NCBI RefSeq assembly: GCF_008039555.1
Contig: NZ_VDUW01000004.1
Location: forward strand, 86,132 to 118,131
Reading direction: 5' to 3'
DNA: 32,000 nt
Source of the DNA: Cerasibacillus terrae
GTDB taxonomy: Bacteria > Bacillota > Bacilli > Bacillales > Amphibacillaceae
Shown here: piece by piece, positions 1 through 10,296 of the stretch
How the letters are laid out: the number at the start of each line of letters is the position of its first letter
How positions within the stretch are numbered: position 1 is the stretch's first letter
The notes under the pieces: generated by a model
Told to the model about the DNA's origin: nothing
Databases searched by the model: none
The model's input: the letters and a program-made list of their open reading frames with translations, nothing else
Translations under genes and position numbers: made by a program

Positions 1-2031
1 TATTCCTTTGACCTCTTTATGTTTCCCTGGACGGTGTTTTCCTGAATAAAGTTGTTTTGCTAAAGCTTTATATAAAATTTCATTCACAAGTGTACTTTTT
101 CCAGAACCTGAAACACCAGTTACAACCGTAAATAATCCGATTGGAAACTTAGCCCTTAAGTTTTTCAGATTATTTTCCTTTGCACCAATTACTTCGATAA
201 ATCGATCATCTTTCTTCCGACGCTCACTTGGTAAAGGTATAAAGATATTTCCTGACAAATATTGTCCGGTTAATGATTTTGGTTCTTTCATTACTTTTTC
301 TGGTGGTGCACTTGCTACGATTTGGCCACCGTGCTCACCTGCTCCAGGTCCAATATCGATTAACCAATCCGCTGCAAGCATCGTATCCTCATCATGTTCC
401 ACCACTATTAATGTATTATCTAAATCTCGCATACTTTTCAATGTTTGAATTAAGCGGTCATTGTCCCGTTGATGTAGACCAATGGACGGTTCATCTAAAA
501 CATAAAGCACTCCAGTTAAAGCAGAGCCAATTTGGGTTGCTAACCGAATTCGTTGTGCTTCTCCACCGGAAAGGGTTCCCGCTGTTCGTGATAAGGTTAA
601 GTATTCTAAACCAACATTATTTAAGAATTCAAGTCGATTATTAATTTCTCGCAAAATAAGATGTGCAATTTGTTTTTCCTTTTTGGTTAATTCAAGCGAA
701 TGAAAAAACTGCATTGCTTCTACAATGGAATAATCTGTCACTTCACTAATATGTTTTCCGCCGACTAAAACTGCTAACGCTTCTTTTTTTAAACGATATC
801 CTTTACATGTCGGGCAATTTTTTTCTGCCATATAATCCTCTAATTTTTCACGAGTAAAGTCAGAAGATGTTTCATTGTAACGACGAGAAATGTTGTTGAT
901 TATACCTTCAAAGTAAATCATTTGATCTCTTTTTTTACCAAAGTCATTTACATAATGAAAGAGAATCTTCTCATCACCACTACCATATAAAATCCGATTC
1001 ATTTGCTCCTCTGGAATTTCCTTTACAGGAATATCCATATTTATACCGTAGTGCTCACAAACACTTTTTAATAATTGTGGATAGTATGTGGAACTGATTG
1101 GTTTCCAAGCTGCAATTGCATGATTCTTTAATGTTTTACTCCAATCCGGAATAACTAAATCAACATCTACCTCTAAATTCTTACCTAATCCATCACATGT
1201 TTGACATGCCCCATATGGGCTGTTGAATGAAAAAAGTCGTGGTTCTAGTTCTCCAATTGAAAAACCACAAATTGGACAGGCATGATTTTCACTGAATATA
1301 ATTTCCTCTTGTTCCAATATATCAACAATGACATTTCCTTCACCTAAAGATAAGGCAGTTTCGAGGGAATCACTTAGTCGGCCTTCCACCCCTGGTTTAA
1401 CAATAATTCGGTCAACTACAACTTCTATCGAATGCTTTTTATTTTTATTTAACTTTATTTCTTCTGTGATTTCACGCATTTCTTTGTCAACACGTAGACG
1501 AACATATCCTTCTTGTTTTAACTTTTCTAATGTCCGAATATGTTCCCCTTTTCGTCCGGATACAACCGGACCTAAAATTTGTAACCGGGTCCGCTCAGGA
1601 TATTCCATTATATGATCAACCATTTGTTGTATAGTCTGTGAGCTAATTTCATTTCCGTGTTTCGGACAAATCGGTCGTCCTACTCGGGCAAATAATAATC
1701 GTAAATAATCATAAATTTCAGTTACTGTCCCAACAGTGGAACGGGGGTTTTTGCTTGTTGTTTTTTGATCAATAGAAATTGCTGGTGACAATCCTTCAAT
1801 CATATCTACATCTGGTTTATCCATTTGACCAAGGAATTGTCTCGCATAAGAAGACAAAGATTCCACATATCGCCTTTGACCTTCTGCATAAATCGTATCA
1901 AAAGCTAACGATGATTTTCCTGAGCCAGACAAGCCAGTCATGACAACTAATTTATTCTTAGGAATATCAAGCTCAATATTTTTTAAGTTATTTGCTCTGG
2001 CACCTTTAATTTGGATTGATTTACTAGGCAT
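1..2031 (-). CDS. uvrA: Excinuclease ABC subunit A (UvrA); 3' end cut by window edge, first 677 codons present
   Basis: Absent from the ORF track because its stop lies outside the window. Minus-strand ATG at 2031 follows GGAAGGA. Translation reads [77 protein letters not shown] second Walker A (GVSGSGKST) near 100-147 is in the same frame. No in-frame stops in 1-300, the only stretch I checked by hand. Confidence 0.93.
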   Translation of the reverse strand, partial: MPSKSIQIKGARANNLKNIELDIPKNKLVVMTGLSGSGKSSLAFDTIYAEGQRRYVESLSSYARQFLGQMDKPDVDMIEGLSPAISIDQKTTSKNPRSTVGTVTEIYDYLRLLFARVGRPICPKHGNEISSQTIQQMVDHIMEYPERTRLQILGPVVSGRKGEHIRTLEKLKQEGYVRLRVDKEMREITEEIKLNKNKKHSIEVVVDRIIVKPGVEGRLSDSLETALSLGEGNVIVDILEQEEIIFSENHACPICGFSIGELEPRLFSFNSPYGACQTCDGLGKNLEVDVDLVIPDWSKTLKNHAIAAWKPISSTYYPQLLKSVCEHYGINMDIPVKEIPEEQMNRILYGSGDEKILFHYVNDFGKKRDQMIYFEGIINNISRRYNETSSDFTREKLEDYMAEKNCPTCKGYRLKKEALAVLVGGKHISEVTDYSIVEAMQFFHSLELTKKEKQIAHLILREINNRLEFLNNVGLEYLTLSRTAGTLSGGEAQRIRLATQIGSALTGVLYVLDEPSIGLHQRDNDRLIQTLKSMRDLDNTLIVVEHDEDTMLAADWLIDIGPGAGEHGGQIVASAPPEKVMKEPKSLTGQYLSGNIFIPLPSERRKKDDRFIEVIGAKENNLKNLRAKFPIGLFTVVTGVSGSGKSTLVNEILYKALAKQLYSGKHRPGKHKEVKGI

Positions 2032-2095
2032 GAACAAGTTCATCCTTCCACATAAAATGTATCGTTTAACCAGCCGTATATAAGGCAGGCTAGTC

Positions 2096-4081
2096 TTATA
2101 CTTCTCCTTTTAACTCAAACATAATATCTCGTAACTCTGCAGCACGTTCGAAGTCTAGTGCTTTAGCAGCTTCTCGCATTTCCTTTTCCATATTTTGAAG
2201 AATCTTTTCCTTTTCTTTCTTAGGCATTTTACGGAAGCTTTTTGCTTTAGGTTCATATGTTTGCTCTTCATCTTCTGCAACCATTGTAGCACGGATGACA
2301 TCACGTACTTCTTTTTTAATCGTTTTCGGAGTAATTCCGTGTTTTTCATTATATTCCATTTGAATTTCACGTCTACGATTTGTTTCATCAATTGCTACAC
2401 GCATAGAATCTGTTATTTTATCCGCATACATAATTACTTCTCCGTTTTCATTTCGGGCGGCTCTTCCCATTGTCTGGATTAGAGAACGCTCGGAACGGAG
2501 AAACCCTTCTTTATCTGCATCTAAAATAGTAACTAAAGATACTTCTGGTATATCTAAACCTTCTCGTAATAGGTTGATTCCTATTAATACATCATATTTT
2601 CCAATTCGTAAATCACGGATAATTTCAATTCGCTCCAATGTTTTAATATCAGAATGCAGATAAGCAACCTTCATATCAAGGTCTTTTAAATAATCCGTAA
2701 GGTCTTCAGACATTTTCTTTGTTAATGTGGTGACAAGAACACGCTCATTTCTTTCTATTCGTTTGTTAATCTCACCAATTAAGTCATCAATTTGACCTTT
2801 AATCGGGCGTACATCAATTTTTGGATCTAATAACCCAGTCGGTCGAATAATTTGTTCTGTCACATCTGGTGCATGTTCCATTTCATATGGACCAGGAGTT
2901 GCAGAAACAAAAATCAATTGATTTGCCTTTTTCTCAAACTCTGCAAATTTTAATGGACGGTTATCTAAGGCTGATGGCAAGCGAAATCCATGATCAACAA
3001 GAACTTGTTTTCTTGCTCTGTCTCCATTATACATTCCTCTTATTTGTGGTAAAGTGACATGTGATTCATCAATAACAATCAAATAATCGTCCGGAAAGAA
3101 ATCAAGTAATGTATATGGTGTTGATCCTGCCTCACGAAATGTAAGGTGACGGGAATAATTCTCTATACCAGAACAAAATCCCATTTCTTCCATCATTTCA
3201 ATATCATAATTTGTACGTTGTTCTAGACGTTGGGCCTCCAGGAGCTTGCCTTCTTCGTTTAATTCTTTTAGCCTTTCTTCCAATTCCTTTTTTATGTTAA
3301 CAATTGCCTTTTTTAACTTTTCTTCACGGGTAACGAAGTGTGACGCTGGGAAAATGGCCACATGTTCTCTATCTCCAATTATTTCTCCTGTTAAAGCATC
3401 AACTTCCCGAATTCGATCGATCTCATCACCAAAAAACTCCACTCGAATACAATGTTCTTCACGTGATGCAGGAATAATTTCAACAGAGTCTCCACGAACT
3501 CGAAATGTTCCCCTCTGAAAATCTATATCATTCCTTGTGTACAAAATATCAACAAGTTCACGCAGCAATTGGTCACGGTCTTTTTCCATCCCCATACGTA
3601 AGGATAACACTTGGCTTCTATATTCTTCTGGAGAACCTAACCCATAAATACATGAAACACTTGCTACAATTAGAACATCACTTCGTTCGAAAAGAGATGA
3701 TGTAGCAGAATGTCGCAATTTATCAATCTCATCATTAATACTTGCATCCTTTTCGATATATGTATCAGATGATGGGACATATGCTTCTGGTTGATAGTAA
3801 TCATAATAACTAACAAAATACTCAACTGCATTATTAGGAAAGAACTCCTTAAATTCACTATATAATTGTCCTGCTAATGTTTTATTATGGGCAATCACAA
3901 GTGTTGGTCGATTAATTTCATGCACAGCATTCGAAATAGTAAATGTTTTTCCCGTTCCTGTTGCACCAAGTAATGTTTGTTTCCTTTGACCAGCTAACAC
4001 TTTATCCACGATTTCCTTAATTGCTTGTGGTTGGTCACCTTGTGGTTGAAATGTTGATACTAACTCAAATTGATTTTCCAC
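2096..4081 (-). CDS. uvrB: Excinuclease ABC subunit B (UvrB)
   Basis: ORF 2096..4096 has Walker [15 protein letters not shown] and a C-terminal UVR motif ([12 protein letters not shown]). I place the start at GTG 4081 because GGAGG lies 8 nt upstream, giving 661 aa starting at [11 protein letters not shown] 4096 is part of that GGAGG and is the alternative start. Confidence 0.93.
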   Translation of the reverse strand: MENQFELVSTFQPQGDQPQAIKEIVDKVLAGQRKQTLLGATGTGKTFTISNAVHEINRPTLVIAHNKTLAGQLYSEFKEFFPNNAVEYFVSYYDYYQPEAYVPSSDTYIEKDASINDEIDKLRHSATSSLFERSDVLIVASVSCIYGLGSPEEYRSQVLSLRMGMEKDRDQLLRELVDILYTRNDIDFQRGTFRVRGDSVEIIPASREEHCIRVEFFGDEIDRIREVDALTGEIIGDREHVAIFPASHFVTREEKLKKAIVNIKKELEERLKELNEEGKLLEAQRLEQRTNYDIEMMEEMGFCSGIENYSRHLTFREAGSTPYTLLDFFPDDYLIVIDESHVTLPQIRGMYNGDRARKQVLVDHGFRLPSALDNRPLKFAEFEKKANQLIFVSATPGPYEMEHAPDVTEQIIRPTGLLDPKIDVRPIKGQIDDLIGEINKRIERNERVLVTTLTKKMSEDLTDYLKDLDMKVAYLHSDIKTLERIEIIRDLRIGKYDVLIGINLLREGLDIPEVSLVTILDADKEGFLRSERSLIQTMGRAARNENGEVIMYADKITDSMRVAIDETNRRREIQMEYNEKHGITPKTIKKEVRDVIRATMVAEDEEQTYEPKAKSFRKMPKKEKEKILQNMEKEMREAAKALDFERAAELRDIMFELKGEV

Positions 4082-4175
4082 TTGTACCGCCTCCATTCCA
4101 TCATATATTTATAATGTACATCTATATTTAAATTTCTTATATATTATTAAACACGAATTTATTATAACATACATA

Positions 4176-4189
4176 CGAACGAATATTCG
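4176..4189. promoter_or_regulatory. LexA/DinR (Cheo) box candidate upstream of uvrB
   Basis: CGAACGAATATTCG matches the Bacillus SOS box CGAAC-N4-GTTCG with one mismatch. It lies about 95 nt upstream of the uvrB start, next to a minus-strand TGtTATAAT extended -10. Confidence 0.6.
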
Positions 4190-4205
4190 ATTCTTTTCTA
4201 TTGGA

Positions 4206-4254
4206 ATAAAGTGAAACTTCAATCAGTGTGGGTCTTACAGCCAGTTAGTCTGCG
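4206..4254 (+). repeat. Collapsed (internally deleted) copy of the 150-bp structured repeat
   Basis: ATAAAGTGAAACTTCAATCAGTG joined to GGGTCTTACAGCCAGTTAGTCTGCG. These are the left about 23 nt and right about 25 nt of the full units at 15461-15763, with the interior missing. Confidence 0.8.
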
Positions 4255-4268
4255 AAAAATAGCGATTT

Positions 4269-4299
4269 AAAAAATCTGTCCTCATCGAACAGATTTTTT
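4269..4299 (-). terminator. Rho-independent terminator after the minJ-like gene (symmetric, could act both ways)
   Basis: AAAAAATCTGT / ACAGATTTTTT 11-bp inverted repeat with a 9-nt loop, 17 nt downstream of the stop at 4316. Confidence 0.7.
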
Positions 4300-4315
4300 A
4301 AATCGAGATCATCAA

Positions 4316-5521
4316 TTAAACGACCTCTTGTTTTTCATGTTGATTTTTTTCACGAAATGGAGAGTCTGTAAAGATGAGGCCAAGCTCATGATGATCGCCT
4401 TCATACATGGCACCTTGAATAAAGCGAATTTCACCTTTATCATCCATCACTTCTAACTTAAAATGCGCCCCTTTCTCTTGTAGTGCATAATAAAAATCTT
4501 CTACATTAGAAATTGTTCTTTCATTCACCTTTATAATAATTTCTCCAACTCGAATTTGTAACCGTGTTGCAGGAGTTCCAGGAATCATACTCAAAATTCT
4601 CAAACCATTTTCCTCTTGATAAAAGTAAGGAGATTGTTCTTTATCTTTTGTTCGAAATTTATAGTTTATAAATTCTTTTCCTATAATAGCAATAATAATT
4701 GCAGCTAGAGACAAAGGTGATACATAGATACTCCCAATTGCAAGTACGAGGACAAGAAATCCCAACAAGAATGTCTGTTTACCCAGGTGTTTAGCGACAG
4801 TTTGTGGAAGTGATCCGATTACTTTATAATCAAAGCCAATAAGAAAAGGTACAGCAATTAAACTATATGTTTCTTCTGAACCAAGCGGGATATAAGGCCA
4901 AAACGGAGCAATAGATGTAATCGCACCCGTTGGAACCAATGTCAAAAATGGAATAAGTGCTAACTTTTTTACATGGTGCTGTCCAATCCAAGAACCACGA
5001 TTACTTAATGTCAGACTTGGTAGTGTTTCATTTCGTTTGATACGAATTAGCATAATAGCTTCTGCGAAGATAAATAGAGCTAAGATAATGGTCAGTCCAG
5101 TAAAATTTATATTTGTAAATAAGTTGGCATCTACCCATTGTTGTTCGCTTAATAATATAGGCAAAAAAAGCAGTACAATAAAAGTCACACCAACCGTATA
5201 ACTAGGTGATAAGAGCGATACTTTAAAAGTAAGGCTGAGTAAAATGATAATTGCACTCATCAATACTAATGTTTCAACTGAAAATACAACACCAACCCCA
5301 AGACATATAAGGGAGATGAATAAGCCATAACTAATAGAAAAAAGCCATGTATTTTTCCATTCAGAAAATAAATTAAAAACTTTCGTTCCAAAATTTACTC
5401 GTTCTAATTTAATACGTGCATATCCTATTAAAAAAAGGAAAATAAAAGACCAATAAAATAACGGATTTAAAAAGAACTTCCCTATAGCCTTTCCTAATTC
5501 GATGGACCATGATTCTATCAT
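4316..5521 (-). CDS. minJ: Polytopic membrane protein with C-terminal PDZ domain, MinJ-like division-site determinant
   Basis: ORF 4316..5527. It has multiple hydrophobic helices and then a PDZ-like segment (GLRILSMIPGTPATRLQIRVGEIIIKVNERTISN). It occupies the B. subtilis minJ slot between uvrB and ctpB and is of similar size. GGGGTGA abuts ATG 5527, so ATG 5521 has the better spacing. Confidence 0.7.
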   Translation of the reverse strand: MIESWSIELGKAIGKFFLNPLFYWSFIFLFLIGYARIKLERVNFGTKVFNLFSEWKNTWLFSISYGLFISLICLGVGVVFSVETLVLMSAIIILLSLTFKVSLLSPSYTVGVTFIVLLFLPILLSEQQWVDANLFTNINFTGLTIILALFIFAEAIMLIRIKRNETLPSLTLSNRGSWIGQHHVKKLALIPFLTLVPTGAITSIAPFWPYIPLGSEETYSLIAVPFLIGFDYKVIGSLPQTVAKHLGKQTFLLGFLVLVLAIGSIYVSPLSLAAIIIAIIGKEFINYKFRTKDKEQSPYFYQEENGLRILSMIPGTPATRLQIRVGEIIIKVNERTISNVEDFYYALQEKGAHFKLEVMDDKGEIRFIQGAMYEGDHHELGLIFTDSPFREKNQHEKQEVV

Positions 5522-5613
5522 TTTCATTCACCCCACATATCGTTTTTCATTGTTTAATCATAATAATTGTTGCTTGTCCAATATATAGTATATATACGTA
5601 AATAATATAAACA

Positions 5614-5634
5614 ACCCGCGGTATATCCGCGGAT
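5614..5634 (-). terminator. GC-rich hairpin after ctpB
   Basis: CCGCGG-tatat-CCGCGG stem just downstream of the stop at 5640. The minus-strand tail is only moderately T-rich (TGTTTATATTATTT). Confidence 0.5.
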
Positions 5635-5639
5635 GATGT

Positions 5640-7079
5640 TTATTTATATAAGTTTTCTAGGGCTTCTTCTAACTGCTGATCATCTTCACCACTACGAATT
5701 TTTTTAATTAAAGCTGCTTCAATTACACCTGCTGTTTGCTTATCAACTTTACCCGTTTCTTTTAAATCATGGTCCTTTTGAAATTTCTTTACAGCCTTTT
5801 GAGTGGATTTATCAAAATATCCATCGTCTCTTTCTGTATTATATCCAATTCCTATTAACATCTGCTGAACATTTTTAATTTCAGCCCCTGCACGATCATA
5901 GGACAATGGCTTCTTTATTTGAACAGGATTAGAAAAATAATAATCGGGTTGTTCTACTTTTACTGTTGGTTCAACACCTTCTTCATGAATCCAATTCCCT
6001 TTAGGTGACAACCATTTAAAAAAGGTTAGTTTTACTGTGCTTCCATCTCCGAGTGGAACCGCATTCTGTACTGTACCTTTTCCAAAACTATTTGTTCCAA
6101 CAATATCATACCCTATTTCTTTTAATGCGACAGCAAGTATTTCGGAAGCTGATGCACTACCTTCATCTATAATTACTTCGATTGGGTATTTTTTCTTCTC
6201 TTTTAAGTCCGTGTAACGTTCCTCTTTTTGTCCTTCACGATTTTCAATTTGAATATATGGGATATCTTCTGGTACAAAGTGGCCGACAATTTCTTCCACA
6301 GAATCTAATAATCCTCCAGGGTTTCCACGAACATCAATGATTAATCCTTCCATCCCATCATTTTCTAAATTCATTAATTGTTCTGCGAATTCTTCCGCTG
6401 TCCGCTCTGAAAAATTCGTAATTTCAATGATTCCTGTCTTTTTATTGTTTACCTTTTTCATTTTCGAATAAACCGTTTCAATTGGAATTGTGTCACGTTT
6501 CAGTTTGATTTCCATGACATCAGAAGCACTTGGTCTAATTATTTCTAAGACTACTTCTGATCCTTTTTCACCCCGGATTTTGGATACAGCTTCTGTTAAA
6601 TCAAGACCCTCTAAACTTTCACCATCGACACTTAGAACTTGATCATTTGGACGTAAGCCAGCCTTTTCAGCTGGTGAATTTTTTATCGGTGCAACAATCG
6701 TTACGTTCCCGTTTACTATACTAACTTCTGCACCAATTCCTTCGAAGGAAGATTCGATTTGCTCACTAAATTGTTCCATTGTTTCAATATCCATGTATGA
6801 ACTATAAGGATCCTCAAGTGAGGTCAACATTCCTTGGATGGCACCTTCAATCAATTGTTGGTCCTCTACTGTTTCAACGTAATTCTCTTTAATTAAATTG
6901 TATGTCTGAATAACTTTTTTTATTTTCTCTGGAGGCTCTACCGCTTGTTCCATCATGATACTACCAGAGGAATTAGATTGCTGCTGTACATTTGAATTAG
7001 AGCCAAACAAATATATTCCACCAGCAAACCCAATCAACAATATTGCTAAGGTCCAAAAAGTAATCCGCACTTTCTTCAT
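5640..7079 (-). CDS. ctpB: S41 carboxy-terminal processing protease with PDZ and C-terminal peptidoglycan-binding domain
   Basis: 479 aa with an N-terminal signal/anchor, a PDZ region (GLRPNDQVLSVDG), an S41 core (GSASASEI) and a PG_binding_1-like tail (GYFDKSTQKAVKKFQKDHDLKETGKVD). RBS GAAGGTGGGA lies 6 nt before the ATG. The symbol comes from synteny. Confidence 0.85.
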   Translation of the reverse strand: MKKVRITFWTLAILLIGFAGGIYLFGSNSNVQQQSNSSGSIMMEQAVEPPEKIKKVIQTYNLIKENYVETVEDQQLIEGAIQGMLTSLEDPYSSYMDIETMEQFSEQIESSFEGIGAEVSIVNGNVTIVAPIKNSPAEKAGLRPNDQVLSVDGESLEGLDLTEAVSKIRGEKGSEVVLEIIRPSASDVMEIKLKRDTIPIETVYSKMKKVNNKKTGIIEITNFSERTAEEFAEQLMNLENDGMEGLIIDVRGNPGGLLDSVEEIVGHFVPEDIPYIQIENREGQKEERYTDLKEKKKYPIEVIIDEGSASASEILAVALKEIGYDIVGTNSFGKGTVQNAVPLGDGSTVKLTFFKWLSPKGNWIHEEGVEPTVKVEQPDYYFSNPVQIKKPLSYDRAGAEIKNVQQMLIGIGYNTERDDGYFDKSTQKAVKKFQKDHDLKETGKVDKQTAGVIEAALIKKIRSGEDDQQLEEALENLYK

Positions 7080-7185
7080 TCATTATCCCACCTTCAAATG
7101 TATTTCAAAAATAATAATATTATTATCGAAACATTGTAAAATGATTTACATACCATTTTACCACTAATAATATTCATATTCTAAT

Positions 7186-7222
7186 TAAAAAAAGACATCA
7201 CATAAAAATATGTGATGTCTTT
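7186..7222 (-). terminator. Rho-independent terminator after the M23 peptidase gene
   Basis: Perfect 13-bp stem AAAGACATCACAT / ATGTGATGTCTTT with a 6-nt loop, followed on the minus strand by TTTTTTT. Confidence 0.85.
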
Positions 7223-7241
7223 CATGTTAGAAGCTAATTTT

Positions 7242-8648
7242 CTATTGTAAATAGGATAGTGGATTAATCCCGCTTTTTGATTTCCAATATCCATTATGAA
7301 TTTCAAAATGTAAATGTGGACCTGTTGAATTACCTGTATTCCCAGATTGTCCAATGGATTGACCCTTTCCAACAGCTTGTCCCTCAGACACGGAAATACT
7401 ATTTAAATGTGCATATAATGTAGTATATGTTTTTCCTTTAATATTATGGGTTACTAATACCACATTTCCATAGCCATTCATGCTGCCGTCATATTCTGTG
7501 CTAACCATGGATACAACTCCAGGTGCAGAAGCATATATTGGCGTACCAATTCCAACACCAAAATCAAGTCCATGATGGAAGGAACTACATCCCGTACAAC
7601 TTCTTGGGCCAAAACCTGATGTAATTGGACCAGATACTGGGTAACTGAAAGTACCTCCACCTGAAGATGGTTTTGGTGAAGCAGAAGCCTGTTCCTTGGA
7701 ACCTGATGAACCACTATCACTCTGGCTTTGTTTCTGTTGTTGAGCTGCTTCTTGTTCTAGCTCTTTTAATTGATCTTGAGCTAATTGTTTTGCCTTAGCT
7801 GCTGTTGCTTGCTGTTTGCGTAAAACTTCTTGTTCTTCCTCAATACTTACTTTATAATTTTCCAACTCTTCATGTTCATCTTCTAGTTTTGCTTGAATTT
7901 TCTCTTTTGTTGCTAGTTGTTTATCAAGTTTTCCTTTTAGATTGTCCAATTCAGCTTTCTGTTTATCTAACTCTACCTTGTTGGCTTCTACTTTTTTCTT
8001 GTTTTCTTCTACTTTTTCTTTCTTTTGTTCTACTTCTATCTTTTTAGATTCTAATGCTTTTTTGTCGGCTTCTAATGATTCCATGATATCTTTATCTGAA
8101 TCCATAATAGTATTTACAGCAGAAGTTCTTCCAATAAATTCCGTAAAACTTTTTGATCCGAGTAGTACCTCTATGTAATTCATTTTCCCTCCATTTTCTT
8201 GAATAGATTGGAGGCGATTTTTTAAAAGTGCTTCTCGTTTCATGATACTCTCTTGCAATTCTTTAATTTCTTTTTCTAAATTTTTAATTTGGTCTTTTAA
8301 TTGCACAATTTCTTCTTTTAGTTGATTCATTTTTTCATTAGTTTTATCAATTTCATTTTTCTTTTTTTCTATAGAGGATGTTGTTTTTGTTAACTTTGAA
8401 TCAATGACTTCCATTTCATTCTTTACGTCTGATTGTTTTTCCAAGTTTTTATCAAGTTTTCCATTAACATTGGCCTTATCTGATTGTAAAGAACCATTTT
8501 TTTCCTCAAGTTTTGATTTCTTTTCATCTAATTCATTGATTTTATTTTTCACATCACTTACGGATTCTGCCTTAACACTTCCTGTACTAATATTTACTGT
8601 GAAAAGAAACAAGAAAACCGCAGTAATATATACTAACTTATTCCTCAA
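7242..8648 (-). CDS. Secreted coiled-coil M23/LytM metallopeptidase, EnvC/PcsB-like candidate FtsEX partner
   Basis: TTG start 6 nt after GGGAGAGGGGA. It has a signal peptide (VFLFLFTVNISTGSVKA), about 280 aa of K/E/L-rich heptad-like sequence and an S/G/Q linker. The M23 domain keeps HxxxD (HHGLD) and HxH (HLHFE). No terminator separates it from ftsX, 78 nt away. Confidence 0.85.
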   Translation of the reverse strand: MRNKLVYITAVFLFLFTVNISTGSVKAESVSDVKNKINELDEKKSKLEEKNGSLQSDKANVNGKLDKNLEKQSDVKNEMEVIDSKLTKTTSSIEKKKNEIDKTNEKMNQLKEEIVQLKDQIKNLEKEIKELQESIMKREALLKNRLQSIQENGGKMNYIEVLLGSKSFTEFIGRTSAVNTIMDSDKDIMESLEADKKALESKKIEVEQKKEKVEENKKKVEANKVELDKQKAELDNLKGKLDKQLATKEKIQAKLEDEHEELENYKVSIEEEQEVLRKQQATAAKAKQLAQDQLKELEQEAAQQQKQSQSDSGSSGSKEQASASPKPSSGGGTFSYPVSGPITSGFGPRSCTGCSSFHHGLDFGVGIGTPIYASAPGVVSMVSTEYDGSMNGYGNVVLVTHNIKGKTYTTLYAHLNSISVSEGQAVGKGQSIGQSGNTGNSTGPHLHFEIHNGYWKSKSGINPLSYLQ

Positions 8649-8726
8649 TTATATTCCCCTCTCCCTTTTAACAAACTATTTCTATTCCAGCTATCAATCT
8701 AGTACATAATCCATTGAATCGTTTTT

Positions 8727-9620
8727 TTATACTCTAAGGAATTTACGTACACTCATAACACTGCCCCAAATTCCAATTAAAGCACCAATTGCAAAAATAA
8801 CTAGTGAAATTTGCCATGCAAATGGATAGAAAGGTAATAATTCAAAGAACGGAATTTGTACATTAATAACAATTTTTTCGACAAGATAATAATAGCCTAT
8901 TAGTAAGAAAGCAATTGGAAGAATAGATCCAATTATACCTAACAGCATTCCCTCAATAAAGAATGGCCAGCGTATAAAACCATTTGTTGCTCCAACCAAT
9001 TTCATAATTCCAATTTCTGTGCTCCGTGCCATAATGGTTAATTTAATTGTATTGGAAATAAGGAATATAGCAGTGAACACAAGTCCAATAATTAAAACGA
9101 TACCAACAATTCTCGCATTTTCATTAAACTCAAATAATTGATTTACAACCTCTTTTCCGTATGTCACCTTATGAATATGATCATATGTACGGATATTTTC
9201 TGCAATTTCAACCGTATCTGCTGGTTCTTTTGCTTTTATTATATAAGCATGGTTTAATGGATTGTCCTGTTCAAATAATTCCCATGATTGCCCTTCTTCT
9301 CCCATACTGTCAACCAAGTTTTCTAATTCATCATCTTTTGATGAAAATACAACAGAATCAACTTTATCTAATTGTTTAATAGATTCTCCAAGTTCTTTTA
9401 CTTCATTATCATCTGCAGTTACATCGATGAGTACTTTAACAATGACATCATCTTCTACATTTTGTGCCATATGATTTAGATTTAAAATAATCGTTAGAAA
9501 TGCTGCAACAAGTAATAGAGTCACAGTAACAGAACCAATCGAGGCCACTGTCATCCAACCGTTTCTAAAGATATTCTTTATTCCTTCCCGAAAATGACGT
9601 TTAAGTGTACTAATTTTCAT
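8727..9620 (-). CDS. ftsX: Cell-division ABC transporter permease FtsX
   Basis: ORF 8727..9644. The start is reset to ATG 9620 (MKISTLKRHFREG), 9 nt after GAGGTG, giving 297 aa. It has four TM segments around a large extracytoplasmic loop. It overlaps the ftsE stop. Confidence 0.9.
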   Translation of the reverse strand: MKISTLKRHFREGIKNIFRNGWMTVASIGSVTVTLLLVAAFLTIILNLNHMAQNVEDDVIVKVLIDVTADDNEVKELGESIKQLDKVDSVVFSSKDDELENLVDSMGEEGQSWELFEQDNPLNHAYIIKAKEPADTVEIAENIRTYDHIHKVTYGKEVVNQLFEFNENARIVGIVLIIGLVFTAIFLISNTIKLTIMARSTEIGIMKLVGATNGFIRWPFFIEGMLLGIIGSILPIAFLLIGYYYLVEKIVINVQIPFFELLPFYPFAWQISLVIFAIGALIGIWGSVMSVRKFLRV

Positions 9621-10296
9621 AGCCATAATCACCTCGGGATTCATCTCTCACAATAATACCGTCTTCAATTGCAATAACGCGTTTTTTCATTTTATTTACG
9701 ATTTCTTTACTATGTGTTGCCATAATCATTGTTGTACCTCGCTCACTTATTTCTTCAAATACACGCATAATTTCCCACGATGTTTCAGGGTCTAAGTTTC
9801 CGGTTGGTTCATCAGCAATTACAATTTCAGGTTTATTAACAATTGCCCGGGCAATTGATACCCGTTGTTGTTCTCCACCAGATAATTCACTGGGTAGAAA
9901 ACGTGCTTTATTCTTTAAATCTACCAAATCTAGTACTTCCATAACACGCTTACGAATATTGCGTGGGGATTCCTCTATTACTTCTAAAGCAAATGCAATA
10001 TTTTCATAGACGCTTAGTTTTGGTAATAATTTGAAGTCTTGGAAAACAACCCCAATTTTTCGGCGTAAATACGGCACGTTCTTTTCTTTTAATTCACTAG
10101 TATTTATATTATTAATCTTTACTATTCCTGTTGTTGGTTTTTCTTCGCGATATATTAATTTTATAAAAGTGGACTTACCAGCACCACTCGGTCCAACAAC
10201 ATAAACAAATTCACCTTTATCTATATTTACAGTTATTCCATTTAGTGCCGTTACACCATTTGGATATTTTTTGTGGACATCTTTCATTACTATCAT
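9610..10296 (-). CDS. ftsE: Cell-division ABC transporter ATPase FtsE
   Basis: Walker A GPSGAGKST, signature LSGGEQQR and Walker B VIADEPT. The start is reset to ATG 10296 (MIVMKDV), 6 nt after AAAGGTGA, giving 228 aa. ATG 10302 abuts the SD. Confidence 0.93.
   Translation of the reverse strand: MIVMKDVHKKYPNGVTALNGITVNIDKGEFVYVVGPSGAGKSTFIKLIYREEKPTTGIVKINNINTSELKEKNVPYLRRKIGVVFQDFKLLPKLSVYENIAFALEVIEESPRNIRKRVMEVLDLVDLKNKARFLPSELSGGEQQRVSIARAIVNKPEIVIADEPTGNLDPETSWEIMRVFEEISERGTTMIMATHSKEIVNKMKKRVIAIEDGIIVRDESRGDYGYEN

Noticed and set aside
273-1615. + strand ORFs 273..644 and 1328..1615
   Set aside because: They are antisense to uvrA, whose minus-strand frame gives unmistakable UvrA motifs. 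Their products are low-complexity and hydrophobic, with no RBS.
2155-3858. Several 62-95-aa ORFs on both strands inside uvrB (2155..2391, 2195..2482, 2869..3057, 3246..3518, 3505..3705, 3670..3858)
   Set aside because: They are shadow ORFs within a highly conserved gene, typical of AT-rich DNA, and none has independent support.
7181-8709. ORFs 7181..7372, 7478..7720, 7805..8047, 7942..8178 and 8404..8709 overlapping the M23 peptidase gene
   Set aside because: They are alternative-frame or antisense readings of the repetitive K/E-rich coiled-coil coding sequence. 7181..7372 also spans the terminator hairpin.
9621-9644. N-terminal extensions in the ORF track, for example ftsX from 9644, ftsE from 10302, cccB from 10977, secA from 14888, fliS from 17548, degV from 27518 and yviE from 20755
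   Set aside because: In each case an internal ATG has a properly spaced SD and gives a length and N-terminus matching the B. subtilis orthologue. The upstream start has no SD or abuts it.
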